A DNA stretch of 64,000 bases from Ascidiella aspersa. Lineage: Eukaryota. Location: NCBI GenBank assembly GCA_963924565.1, contig OZ004615.1, positions 18,724,001 to 18,788,000 of the forward strand, given 5' to 3'. Below, piece after piece: positions 1-11,579 of this stretch; the stretch's first letter is position 1, and each line of letters starts with the position of its first letter. Under the pieces are notes generated by a model, which did no database searches, was not told where the DNA came from, and saw only the letters and a program-made list of their open reading frames with translations. A program made the translations under genes and the position numbers.

Positions 1-451
1 CGAAGTTCGCCGACTGTAAAACCGGCCAGAAAACTAAATCGGCCCCTAAAAGAAGTGGAACCTTGTTCTTAAACTCCTCTTGAAATTCCTTGTAAGACAG
101 CGATTTTAAGAAGCTCAAAAAGCCGAGATAACCAAAGTAGAAAATCGGTGCCACCGCAACGTCCCAAAACACTTTCTTGAAAATCATTCTTCCAGCCCTG
201 CCGGGAAATCTCGAGTCCAAAAATTTGTACCAAAAATGCACGACCGGTCCAAAACCGAACGCCACAGTCGTCATGTTTTTGCTCCTTTCGAAATTCCAGC
301 TCTTTTCCGGAGACCTTGTTTCCACAAATTGGGCAACGCTGTCGGCAATGCCGCCCATCGTACCGGCCGTTATTGTGTTGGTTACCACCGCATATCGTCC
401 AGTGTAAAATGATCGAAACGTTTTTGTGAAGCGATTAAATCGTCCTGTCAT
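1..451 (-). CDS. MPV17L2: Mpv17/PMP22-family membrane protein, MPV17-like 2 (5' part; continues beyond window start)
   Basis: Open frame from ATG at 451 to the window edge, not in the ORF track because it has no stop: MTGRFNRFTKTFRSFYTGRYAVVTNTITAGTMGGIADSVAQFVE...WNFERSKNMTTVAFGFGPVVHFWYKFLDSRFPGRAGRMIFKKVFWDVAVAPIFYF...ADLVFWPVLQSANF. The motifs TNT..G....D..AQ, GP..H.WY..LD, KKV..D and WP..Q..NF are typical of the family. Confidence 0.9.
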   Translation of the reverse strand, partial: MTGRFNRFTKTFRSFYTGRYAVVTNTITAGTMGGIADSVAQFVETRSPEKSWNFERSKNMTTVAFGFGPVVHFWYKFLDSRFPGRAGRMIFKKVFWDVAVAPIFYFGYLGFLSFLKSLSYKEFQEEFKNKVPLLLGADLVFWPVLQSANF

Positions 452-734
452 ACTTAAGAGCGGTAAAACCTCTTGGATTTATACCCTACCCGGTTCAACT
501 TAACTTTCCTTCTTGTAAGCCTTGAACAGTGGCACACAGGCTATTATTTTTTGTTTTAAAAACAGTACACCTTGCTTGAAAATTGCACAACACAACAATC
601 ATGTGGAACAAAAAAATCCCCAGAATGTCGACTCATGGCACACCTGGATGCGCTTGAGTGATCTTAATAGAAATCTCTACCATCCTACCTAAATCTGTTT
701 TACTTTTTTTGCTAGAAGTCTGTCGTACATTTAC

Positions 735-1199
735 AAGTGTTGCAATGACTTAAGTCAATGACTTAAGTGCACTAAAGTAACTGCCTTTAAATGACTTGAC
801 TTAACTCAAGTCTTTTGGGCAAATGACTTAGGTTGAAATGAAGTGTTTTCTGTGAGTCTTTTTTTTATAAAATTGAGCTATTAATTCAAATGGTTGCACG
901 TAAAACAATTTGCTTCCTATATGTTACGTTTTTTCTTATTTTTTAGTTCAGTTATTTCTCCTAATCGTATGAGTTTAAAAGTTCCAATAGTTTATCGTTT
1001 TATTTTTATGACAAGGACGTGACTTGAAGTTGACTTGCTCTAATTATGACTTGACTGGGACTTGACTTGCACAACTGATGACTTGGACTGGGACTTGACT
1101 TGCACAACTGATGACTTGGACTGGGACTTGACTTGTTATTTATTCAAAAAGACTTGACTGGGAATTAAGTCATTTCAAAATGACTTGTTTATAACACTG
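735..1199. mobile_element. Non-autonomous hAT-type MITE with GACTT subterminal repeats
   Basis: Termini aagtgttg...taacactg; perfect 8-bp TSD ACATTTAC (727-734 and 1200-1207); internal 33-bp tandem unit ATGACTTGGACTGGGACTTGACTTGCACAACTG about 3 times at 1046-1136. Confidence 0.85.
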
Positions 1200-1432
1200 A
1201 CATTTACGTTACACAATGCTGTATTGAGTTTTTATTTTATTTTCAAATAAATAATAAAAAACGCGGCAGAACAAACAGTTTAAAATATACATTCATTTCT
1301 GTAAAGGCCAATATTTTGAAATTAAATTGCCATAAGTTTTGTTTTATAAACAAAAAGGATAAGCAAAACAGCGTCTACATTCTTCTCTTAAATGCTCTTG
1401 AATTACAATGCAAATAAATTTGGCTTTCTGTG

Positions 1433-1438
1433 TTTATT
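1433..1438 (-). terminator. Candidate polyadenylation signal (AATAAA) of neverland
   Basis: AATAAA on the minus strand about 215 nt after the stop codon; another occurs at 1231-1236. Confidence 0.4.
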
Positions 1439-1651
1439 GCAATAGCACACCTATCTTGCGTTTAAACATCATTAATTTATGCCACAGTTCAACTATAATA
1501 CACAATTCAGCCGAAAAGAATGTATAGTTATCATACCGAATCCCAAGCATCTTATGGACAAATATATTGTCGCTCCGAACAATTTCGAGCGGAGGCGAGC
1601 AGCACTAAAAAAACGAAAAACGCCGGCGTAAAAATGCGAACGACGGATAAA

Positions 1652-1837
1652 TCACCAATCGTCCAAGTCGGGCCTGGCTGGAAGAATCAGCTTGCCCTGC
1701 TTGTTTAATCTCGGGCTATTCTCTGAGTAGAACTGCTGATACCACCTTCTGTGCTTGGCGAGGGTGGATTCCTCTTTCAGCAAGACTGGATTGCGCAGGT
1801 ACGTCTTGTTGTTCCACATCAGGATGTCGCGCTCAAT
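1652..1837 (-). CDS. nvd: neverland exon 9 (terminal)
   Basis: [61 protein letters not shown] followed by TGA. Confidence 0.96.
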   Translation of the reverse strand: MERDILMWNNKTYLRNPVLLKEESTLAKHRRWYQQFYSENSPRLNKQGKLILPARPDLDDW

Positions 1838-4800
1838 CTGCGGTGAACCCAAAATCGTTTTTAGGTACCGGTACCGTATTATAGGCCACATCAATATATT
1901 TCATAGTCAGATGTAAAAATATTGTACCATCAGTTTGTTATAGGACTAATATTGAGATTTTCTAAATGACTATACTCAAGTCAATTGGGCCGGACTCTCG
2001 CAAAATTATACCCGGAAAAAAACTTAAGTGTTGGGTTTTTCTAACTTTATAATATTCTCAAGACTTAATTTATTTATACATTACTTTTGTCAAATAGCCC
2101 CGTCTATTTGACTTGTTAGCAGTGGTCCTTAACCTTTTTAGTATTGTTGCCCCTTTAGAACAACTTACGTGATACCTCTTAAAAGTATAGATTTATTCTG
2201 CAATCAACTAATAAATAAATAGCACAATTTAATGTAAATTACAACGTAGGCTACGTTGTTGAAAAGGCTGGACACCATTTTGTGCTTAAACAAGTTGAAA
2301 GGCTGGACACCATTTTGTGCTTAAACGACAATGATAGCATCCTTCGTTATTTAAAAAAAATGCTGAATTACCCTTATAGTGGTAATTACCTACATGTAAA
2401 AAATACCGAGTTCTTGTTGAGTAAACTAGTGGTAGTAGCGAAAGTTAGAGTAAAAAAAGAAAGAAGAAATTTCAGCCACAAAATGGCGCCCATTGAATCT
2501 TTCCTCTAGCGATAAACACACCTGTGTGGTTTCAAGAAGAAAAAACGTTTTCGCGATAAACGTAGGGACCCAGGGAGAAATGTAAAAGGAATGGCCGAGT
2601 TTTTGCTGCAGTGGTTCCAACGAGGTGATGTTCTGAACCATTAAGCCGTTAAAAAATGGCGTCTTGACGTGAATATGGACAGCACCCGGACCGATCTGTT
2701 AAAAAATGTCGATTACAAATGTTCGAGTCAATCGCTACGCTTCTATATGTCAAAATGACAAGTTACACATTGTTCTATTCTAAAAACAAAAGAGCCTAAT
2801 GGAATTTAATTAAACACTTAATGGCGAAGCATTGCACTTCAATCGAATAAAGATAAACAACACATATTTTTCTAGGACTATATAAATTTTACTCACACAA
2901 ATAATATTTTAAATACGTTTAATACACTCAGGTAGAATGCATAAAGCATTAATGAAGATTAATCAAAGTATATATTTCTGTTCCATCAGTCATACTCATT
3001 TTATTGTAAAAATTATTTTAATAGTTTGATTATTTAAACTGATTCAAGGCAGGTTAAGAACAAGCACTGCTCTGTACGTTGAGTTACACAGGAATATCTA
3101 CAAATGTTATCAACAACTCCTTGAAGAGGCTTTAATTTTAAGCAACAGCACTTTTTTCGTGAACCAAGACGCACCTGAGTGATGGAAAACAAAAGTCTGA
3201 CGACGTGGAGCTTTACTCCGAAGAGCTGAAGAAAGATGTCGTCCTGAATGCTCATGGAAGAGAGATGCTTCTCTCCTGGATTGCTGGAGGGACTCCAGGC
3301 CGCCTGTGTGATGCAACAATTGAGTTGACGAGTTACAGTCGACACTAACACCATAAAATCTTTGGTAGGTTTGATTCGTATTAATTTTGATCGAATTATT
3401 GTAGGCAAAGAATGTTATGTATTGCACTAAATTTAAGCTATCCCAATAGATTGAGTGCTATAAAAAAGGATTTCGTAATTTTTAACCTTTATAACTCATT
3501 AGACTAAAATCACTTGCGAAAAAGGCAGCCGGCTCCCTTTCTAAAAGTTTGGAACTCTTTGCTATTTAAAAAAAGTCGTATTTTTCGGTTGAAGTAATGA
3601 TTAGTCGTAGTCTCCGGTGAGCATTTAGTGGGGGGAAGTTTGTTTAAAATTGCGTTCAAAAAGCATCATTGCGTTATATTACTATACCGGAAGCCATAAC
3701 AAAAATAGTCTTTATTTTAGTATATCTGAAGCCAGACTAACAAAATCAGTGGATCGAGAGGAAAGCGAGGTAGGCTAGAAAAACAACTGGCCCTGCGGCA
3801 TTATACCAACTGAACTACACAGACTCAGAGTGGAGCACGTCTAAAAGCTATCATGGCAACATTGCTTGTTAAATCCTGTTAGACAAACAACTTTATATTG
3901 AACACGTATAAGTACGTTTCTTTCTTTGCGTTATATATTAGGTTTTATTTATCTCATGTTACTCGACGAGCGTGAAAACCGTTTTGCAAATTCAACATAA
4001 ACCGACCTTGATGTCGTGCTTGAGAAGGTTGTTGACGACTGAGTGGTTGGTTTGTTCCACATCGCTTCCTATCACCGGTTTATGGAGGTGATCCAGGTGA
4101 GCAATGTCCGCGGCGTTCTCCGGGATGTCCTGGCCAAGTTAAACGAGAGGTTAGAAACTAATCGGAGGACAGAAAGCAATAACTGAATTAAAGTTTTTAG
4201 GCAAGATGTCTAATTGGGCCGCAGCTTATGGTGTTTTTTCAAGTTGCGACCCACTCAACCGAAAAAAAAACACACGAAGAACAGTGAACATTTATTCCAT
4301 ACTAAAGCATTGTGGCTTATAATTAAACAATGAAAGTGCCCATAGGTCATAGTATGCAAAAATCGGATGTTTTTGTGATTCTTGACTAACTGCAATAAAA
4401 ATAAAGAAAAGTATTCGCCGTTCACAACACAAAAATCATTTTCGCCTTTCACTGATATGCGCCATTTTTTACATATAGGATAGAATCCATTAAAATCTCG
4501 ACAAAAAAATTTTCGATTTCCTCAAGGAAAAACAACGTATCGAAAACAATTTTTTTCAGTGACTTACCTGAATATGCGAGTTGATGATGTGGTCGGTACA
4601 GCCGACGTACTTCAAGTGGTTTAACGCGTTGGTTTCCAGCATTCGCCATTGCGGTTCCACCTTGTCGCAGTGATACCAAACGTAAACCACTCCGTTCGCC
4701 TCCGAGGTCGGCCATGTTTGAACCGACACAAAGTTGGGCACTGCAAACAAAAAAATTGTTTGAGAAAATAGAAGAAAAGCTCCAAACCAAGGCACACCAA

Positions 4801-7800
4801 ACTGGGCAATGGCATTGAGAAAGGCGCTGAAATTGTCTTGACTTTATTTATAGGAGTTTGCAATAGTGCAAAATTTAAACAATTAAAAAAAAAACAAGTA
4901 TAAGAGAGTGCAGATGCTTCTATGTTTTGACTTGATATAAAAGTTAAAATATTTTTACTGCCAAAAGCGGACGCACGAAATTAAACGTTTCTCACGCTTA
5001 TTTTTGATGCGCTTGGATTTAAAAAAAAACACTTCCATATGAAATTGTAAAGGAAATATCGAAATTTCCATTACTATTACCCGTAAAAATACCTTATTGA
5101 AATTGGTGTCTTTGATAGTATTAGGGTATTTTACTTTTACCAATCTGTTTATATGTATTAGCTTAAAATAAAAATTTTGTAGGCCCCAATTTTATATCCT
5201 CTTTTTTATTTAAATGTCGTACTATCGTATGTCTGAATTTATGCATGGCTCTTAGAAGACCACTTGACAACAATCGCAAAACTTTGACAATCCAATACAA
5301 TACTGCCAAAAGTAAATCACACATAAGTTTCCTTTTTCTCACCTTTCTTAGCGTAGGGAACGTCCACCAGTTTGCCATTCTCGCCGCTAAATTTCCACCC
5401 GTGAAACGGGCACTCCAGGCAATCTGAGTTGACCACCTTACCCCCGGCGGCCATGTTGGCCCCCAAATGGGGGCAGTAGGCATCCAGCACCCGCACCACC
5501 CCCCTGCTGTTCCGAAAAACCGCCAGATGCTCCCCTAAAAAGAATAAATGCATTTTACGATTGGTGCTGAAATCTGCAATAACCATGAAATCTTTGCTGT
5601 CAATGTATAACCTACCATGAACGATTTTTTTATAAAACTTTTTCTGTATTTTTTGTATCTAACTAGCGTTTTGACCATTTTATAAATTAGGAAATTGACA
5701 CCATAGTATCAGCATAAAACGGAAGTATTGAAGTAAGGCGTATAACCGCTTTGTATATTTAGGAGTTAAAAATCATAGTGAAACGTGCTTATATGTTTAA
5801 TGACGTAAACCTCTACGTTGGTGCGTTTGAAATTCCATGCAAATCTTGCGGGAAAGATAAGAAGAAATGCCCGCCGAGTCCCAGCGAAATCCCCGAACAC
5901 AACAGTGGAGCAAAATACGGTTAACCATAAACGGTTTCACATTTCCGACGATCGCATAACATAAATAAGCCTATGTAACATTAGACCATAGCAACGATGG
6001 TACGACCGGACTGCCTGTGTACGGTACGGACAGTCACGCGTTTGTTTGCGAACCAAAAAAGGAGTGGCCAAGCTTTTGCTACCGCTCCCTGTAAACGTGG
6101 GGTTTTCACAGCCGAAGGTGTCGCGATGAACGCACATGACTTTCGCGGTTTCTTGCCAAACGCATAAGTTGTCTGTAGCCATCGCCTGAGATAAGATGAA
6201 TTCCTGTCTTGCATACGGGTCAAAATTTAAGTTTTCGTCTTTACCGTGTGTATGTTTTTTACTGTCGCACGATTGCTCTTCTTGTGGCTCTTTTTTTTCG
6301 AAAACACACTTTCTGTCAAAGAAAACCAAAGAAATTTTATCAACACGGTTTTTAAATTATTCAAAAACTTTTCGCCATTCGAGTGCGTTTGTTTTTACAG
6401 CCGAAAGATTCCTCTTTTTGCGACTCTTTTTTATCGAAACCCTCACATTTTGTCAAAGAAAACCAAATCATTGTTATTAATACGGTTCTTAATTTGTTAA
6501 AAAAATCTTTTGGCCGTTCGAGCGCGTAGTTTTTAATGCCTCAAGACACCTTTTTGCAGCTTCAGCTTGTCGAAAAAACACTACAGGCTGACAGCTTTGC
6601 GGTAAGTTTGCTGTCGGGCCCCAAGGCACAACAAGTCGAATTCGCACGCTTTGAAATTTCCTCGCCAAATCACGAGTCGCAAACCGACGCCAGAAACGAA
6701 ACAATGTCTAATGTGAAATGACATCATCTTTTGCATGTCGGTCATCGCTTATTGAGTGGGGAGCAATCTACAACGATAAGAGCATATGGCGAAACACGTC
6801 TGTGGTAACTTTTTTTATAACAAAGCGTTTAACCCAGATTGCTAATCTTAGTAATAAACAGCTCAAACATTTTGGGTACTGAACCCCTGGTTGGATGCAA
6901 ATCGGTGTCTGATTGAATTTCCGACCAAGAGGTACATTTATTTTTCTTATAATTATACATTAGTGGTAGTCCCAACCGTATCTGAGACTCGCTTTACAGC
7001 AGAATGAGGTCTTGTGTCGACGACTGAGTTTACTATACAGATTCGGGCAGCGCCAGTAAACAGATATATGGTGCTTCAAAAAAACCGCACGTTAGCTATA
7101 TTAATTCCAACCTGTAAAATCTTGTTATGGCGCTATACATTGAAGATTGGAATTTATTTATTTATGAGACCCAAAGGATTACTTTAAAGTAGGGAGTATA
7201 GAAACATAGGTATGTCAGAAATTTACGGTTTCTGTAAAGTGTTAAAGTAGCGTTGTAATCATTTCAAATATAAAGAGTTTGCAATATCTCAAACAAGCAT
7301 GGCATTTTAATCGTGAAATACTTAACAGTACGTAACTTTGTTGCATCATTGTAAATAGTTCATGTAATCTTGCAAACGCTGCCTGTTCAAAACGCTACGA
7401 GTTTTTTGACGTCATCTTGGTTGCTTATCGCCCGGCAGGTAAACAAGGTCGCATCCGAGACACCGGCGCACCAGACAAAGTGTCCCCTTGCGTTGATAAG
7501 GGTGACATTTTGTGACGTCACAATTACGTATAATTGGTCAAATTATTGTTTGGGAAGGCTCCGAAGCGGCGTCAATAATTTATTTGTACAGGACAGCACA
7601 TCGTATAGGGTTTGGATTGGAACAACACTGCACGTTATATAGGCCCGTGCTGGATAACACGTACGCATGCCATGTTGGGCTAATTTTCCAACATACCCCT
7701 AACTTACAATCGCCGAATAAATAAACGAGAATAAAATTAATAATAAATCAAAAATAAACTATTTTGTCGAGTCTGTTGAAATCAAAGCAGTTTATTAAAA

Positions 7801-9844
7801 AATATAATTTTTAGGCAGTTTGTTTTTGTTTTTTCTTAAATATAATAATGAATAGTTGTCCCCACTACATTTTTTTTATTATGTAGCGCACTGAACCATT
7901 AGTCGACTAAACCGACTAAAAAACAATTCTAATGGTACTCACCGAACGCGTAGACGCTCTTCACCTGACCTTTTGCCAACGAACGCGAGTCCAACAAGCG
8001 AAACCAGCCGTTCGGGAACACTGGAGGAATGTCGCCCACTTTTCTGCGATTGAAAACAGTTTAAAACCTTGACGCGTTTTGTATTGAATCATCGAGATTA
8101 TGGACGAATTCTCCAAGTACAACCGTGTGTACATTACAATAAGAAAAGGGCGTCGGAACAGCAGTGTAATTCTTACTGATTAGGTTAGATAAATGAACTG
8201 TGTCCTTGATTCTAAGTTTTTCTGGAAATTATCGTGACCAAGTAAAATTAGAAATATAAAACGCTACTTGGCGCGACAATGTAAATTGATGTCCGAATCA
8301 TCGAGTTATACCAGCACACAATCGCGCTCTCCGTGATGACTGGTCTCATCGCGACTTGTTTACCACCAATGAAAGTGGTCAGGGTCCGACAACAGAAAAA
8401 CTAGCGCCAGTCATTTGGTTAGAAACGGCAATCGTAAACTTCCTCGCTGACTCACTTCCTTTGCTGAGTCCGACGAACGTAGGTTTCCCGCTTTTCGCCC
8501 CGATCGTGGTGAACGTAGCCGACCGAGCCAAGGTCACGGTAGAGGTCGAGCGGCGCGAACAGGAGGCGGTAGAGAACGCGGCCGAGCACGAGGGCGGCCA
8601 AGATCACGCAGAGGTGACATACGAGGCACAGGAAGACTGGTGGTGGCGTACTAGTAAATAAACAGTAACATTTATTACTACCCTAATTGTATGTTAATTT
8701 CGGAAGCATTAAAAACGACAAATGACTGTGAAACTTTTTTGTGTAATGAAAACATTTCGATTGTGTGGGCGTTCTTCGATGTGGGGGAATTTCCATTGCG
8801 ACTTTTTCACTCGGGGTCGAAACTGCCCTGTTTATAAGTGTTGTTTAAAATGGGGGTGTTTTTACTAGTTTGAGGTGTTTTCCAAAGTTGATTTTCGCGC
8901 TCTCTACTATATTTTAAATTCGGGGATGCTATTTCGGTTTTTAGTGCCTATAGTGTTTCGACCTAAGAGGGGTTTCATCCAAGGCTCCGGTATCGGTTAA
9001 AAACAACCCGACTCCGACTACCGACCCCCAATCAACTAAACAGATTCACCTATCTATAAGCAACTGAAATAACATAGATGTACAGTTATCCCTTGATAGG
9101 GTTTTTAAAATAACGCATCCACCAGCAATAGTTTAATGGATTTATCGCTCACGAATTTGGTACTACGCATAGAACTCGGGAGAACTTGCGTAGTCTTTAT
9201 TGACTTTCGAGAGTCCCTAGTCCCTAAGTTTCACTAAGCACCCACTACATGGTATATTTTACCGTTCAAACACTGCGACAATGCATTAATATAATTTTAG
9301 GGTTAATTTTAAAAATGGCGCCATTTTGCGCATTTTGTGAAAAAAATCAACTAAAACACTGCCCAGTAAGTTTAACTATTCATAACAGGCAAATTTATAA
9401 AAAATTTTAGAGAAAAACTGCCCAAATTTCAGGGTAGCGACTGTGCAACGAACAGGTTTTGGGGGTCACGAGTAAGTCAATATTCAAATCACATCAAGTG
9501 TTTACATCTATATAAAATATCAATATGCAAATTTCGAAATTAACGTGAAAACCATCGTCATGGTTGTATGTTGTGTAGCCTATATCAGACAATAAGGGTC
9601 GCCCAAAGTTTTAAAAAGGTAAAATCGGTAGCAGACAGAAAAGTTTGGAGAGTCCGATTTTAGATTATATGAGTTATACGTTACCACACAGTAAGGGGCC
9701 TTGAGTATAAACTTACCCCGAGGATAGGATACCGGCTTGCTGTAGCGGTGTACAGGAGTTACATTCTGTCGTCGAATCCAAACCGAAAAAGTACTGGCAG
9801 GTGCTTTCCATCGCCGTCGTAGAAGTTCGCGTCGCATTTGTCAT
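1652..9844 (-). CDS. nvd: Neverland/DAF-36 Rieske oxygenase, cholesterol 7-desaturase; 9 exons, 466 aa
   Basis: Exons 9844-9717, 8650-8456, 8043-7943, 5534-5343, 4740-4568, 4129-4007, 3303-3175, 2695-2522 and 1837-1652. All introns are GT-AG, phases join in frame, total 1401 nt. Contains an N-terminal TM helix, PPVFPNGWF, Rieske CPH...CPFHGW, the mononuclear Fe motif [13 protein letters not shown], and C-terminal [10 protein letters not shown]...[13 protein letters not shown]. Confidence 0.96.
2120..2430. mobile_element. Degenerate hAT/Charlie-like MITE in nvd intron 8, with an internal ~35-bp tandem duplication
   Basis: Left end cagtggtccttaacctttt; decayed right end gttgagtaaactag; GAAAGGCTGGACACCATTTTGTGCTTAAAC occurs twice at 2260-2326; no clear TSD. 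Confidence 0.45.
2522..2695 (-). CDS. nvd: neverland exon 8
   Basis: [58 protein letters not shown]. Confidence 0.95.
3175..3303 (-). CDS. nvd: neverland exon 7
   Basis: [43 protein letters not shown]; cag| acceptor, |gtgcgt donor. Confidence 0.92.
4007..4129 (-). CDS. nvd: neverland exon 6 (non-heme iron motif)
   Basis: [41 protein letters not shown]. Confidence 0.95.
4568..4740 (-). CDS. nvd: neverland exon 5
   Basis: [32 protein letters not shown]...HIINSHIQ|gtaagt. Confidence 0.95.
5343..5534 (-). CDS. nvd: neverland exon 4 (Rieske 2Fe-2S)
   Basis: [63 protein letters not shown]. Confidence 0.97.
7943..8043 (-). CDS. nvd: neverland exon 3
   Basis: [34 protein letters not shown]; cag| acceptor, |gtgagt donor. 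Confidence 0.95.
8456..8650 (-). CDS. nvd: neverland exon 2 (TM helix)
   Basis: [65 protein letters not shown]; tag| acceptor, |gtgagt donor. Confidence 0.92.
8690..8867 (+). repeat. 178-bp dispersed repeat, copy 1 (nvd intron 1)
   Basis: Differs from 10879-11056 at only 2 positions; begins and ends with TA. Confidence 0.95.
9717..9844 (-). CDS. nvd: neverland exon 1
   Basis: aaaaATG start, [43 protein letters not shown]; donor GG|gtaagt; phase 2 matches exon 2. Confidence 0.8.
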
Positions 9845-10878
9845 TTTTTCGCTTGTTCTAGCGTTATGTTACTTCGGAAGTTCTTTCTTATTTTTGTATA
9901 TGTTTACAGTCGTTTTTAGCTGAAACATATAATGTGAGCTTGGTGTTTTAAACATGGATGCCGAAAGCATAAATCCAGGGTGAAATCTCAAGCACAAATA
10001 ACAGCGAATAAAAAAACAGTTTGTTTCATAACTTTTTAAAAAGACTTAACAATACAATAACTTGTCGGTCAGCTGCTAATAAAGACGAACGCAATATGAG
10101 GTTTACGTAGAAATTTCTTTCAAACGATTGCTGAATTGAGTAGCCTATTTTAATGCGCATTACGAGGGTAGTTTTGCTATTTCAATCAAGTCAGTCCCTA
10201 ACCAGAGCGAAATATCCTCTCGCACAAGCGTTTGCTGTGCTGTACAAGGTTTAGTTAGTCTCGTGTATTTCCTTTAAATTTCGCGTGAGACGAGCAACTC
10301 ACATTCCGTTGCAAGCATCTACGATTCGACTTACTCGCTACGAACGACATGGTTTTCTATTTCGTGCATGACATGCATCAGACTTCCCAACACCAATTAT
10401 GCGATGAAATTACCATCCAGATTGCATAGCAAATACGCCCACGGCGGGTATGCGCTTTGCCTGCAAGTCCACGGGCAGCAATTTTGCCTGCAAACCCCGT
10501 TCGTGCAAGAGAAATAGAACTTTCCAATAAGCGATTAGACGGCGGGGGAAATACATCCGATGCAATTGTATCTCTTCAGATTTCCAACCGTCAACCAAAA
10601 GCATGTAACATTTAGTTGTCTCGTGTAGTTGCACAATATTACCATTTCTAATTGATATTATCCTTGCTTGTGGTGTGCTGCGTTGCAAAACTTTTTTGGA
10701 CATTCATTGTCTACTCTATAAGAGTACGTATTATTAACAGAACGATGCCAACATTATCAGTTGCATATTTGCAGCCTTTCAAATTTAAAACTAATTTTCC
10801 ATTCTTGCCTAAGCTATACGTTGTACCATTTTATGAAATCTTGACAAATTTGCTTTGAATCTACTTGTTGCCAATGGA

Positions 10879-11056
10879 TATGTTAATTTCGGAAGCATTA
10901 AAAACGACAAATGACTGTAAAACTTTTTTGTGTAATGAAAACATTTCGATTGTGTGGGTGTTCTTCGATGTGGGGGAATTTCCATTGCGACTTTTTCACT
11001 CGGGGTCGAAACTGCCCTGTTTATAAGTGTTGTTTAAAATGGGGGTGTTTTTACTA
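10879..11056 (+). repeat. 178-bp dispersed repeat, copy 2 (upstream of nvd)
   Basis: Direct copy of 8690-8867, offset 2189 bp. Confidence 0.95.
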
Positions 11057-11517
11057 TTCAGCTGTCTGAATAGACTTCCTAACATTCACAGAACGATGCC
11101 TATTTTCAGTTGCATGCCCAAAGCCCTTCAAGTTTGTAATGTTATTACTCAGACTTGTTTGTGCTGCACATAGCCCAATTTAATAATATCCTAACAAACA
11201 GTTTATAAATGGCTGCCGTTCTGTGGCACTGTGCTGTTTCATTTCGGATACATATAATTCACAACACAAACGTGGTATTTAATCCTTGTTTTGTCGGTTT
11301 TAAATATTATACTCGAAGCCCTGTCATTTATTATGAAGCTCAATAAATAAGTCTACCGTCACAGTCATACCGATAAAGTGAGACGGTCTTCACTTACTTT
11401 TGATTCTATACACATCTTGACTAGCCAAGGACCGACTTTTGTTTCCGATTTATTTTTCTCATACAACTGATAACCAGCTTTGTATATGGCCGTATTTGTC
11501 TAATTCTAAATAGAGGA

Positions 11518-11579
11518 ATCAGGTGGCACTGTATAAAGACAAATTGTATAAAAGTTGTCTTTATACAGTGCCAACTGAT
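11518..11579. repeat. Inverted repeat / hairpin
   Basis: TGGCACTGTATAAAGACAA (11524-11542) is the perfect reverse complement of 11555-11573, with a 12-nt loop; extends to 25 bp with one mismatch. Confidence 0.9.

Noticed and set aside
177-407. Plus-strand 76-aa ORF
   Set aside because: Antisense shadow of the MPV17L2-like CDS.
8356-8661. Plus-strand 101-aa ORF
   Set aside because: Antisense shadow of neverland exon 2.
9580-9837. Minus-strand [13 protein letters not shown] as the nvd start
   Set aside because: Wrong phase for exon 2; the ATG at 9844 gives the in-frame join.
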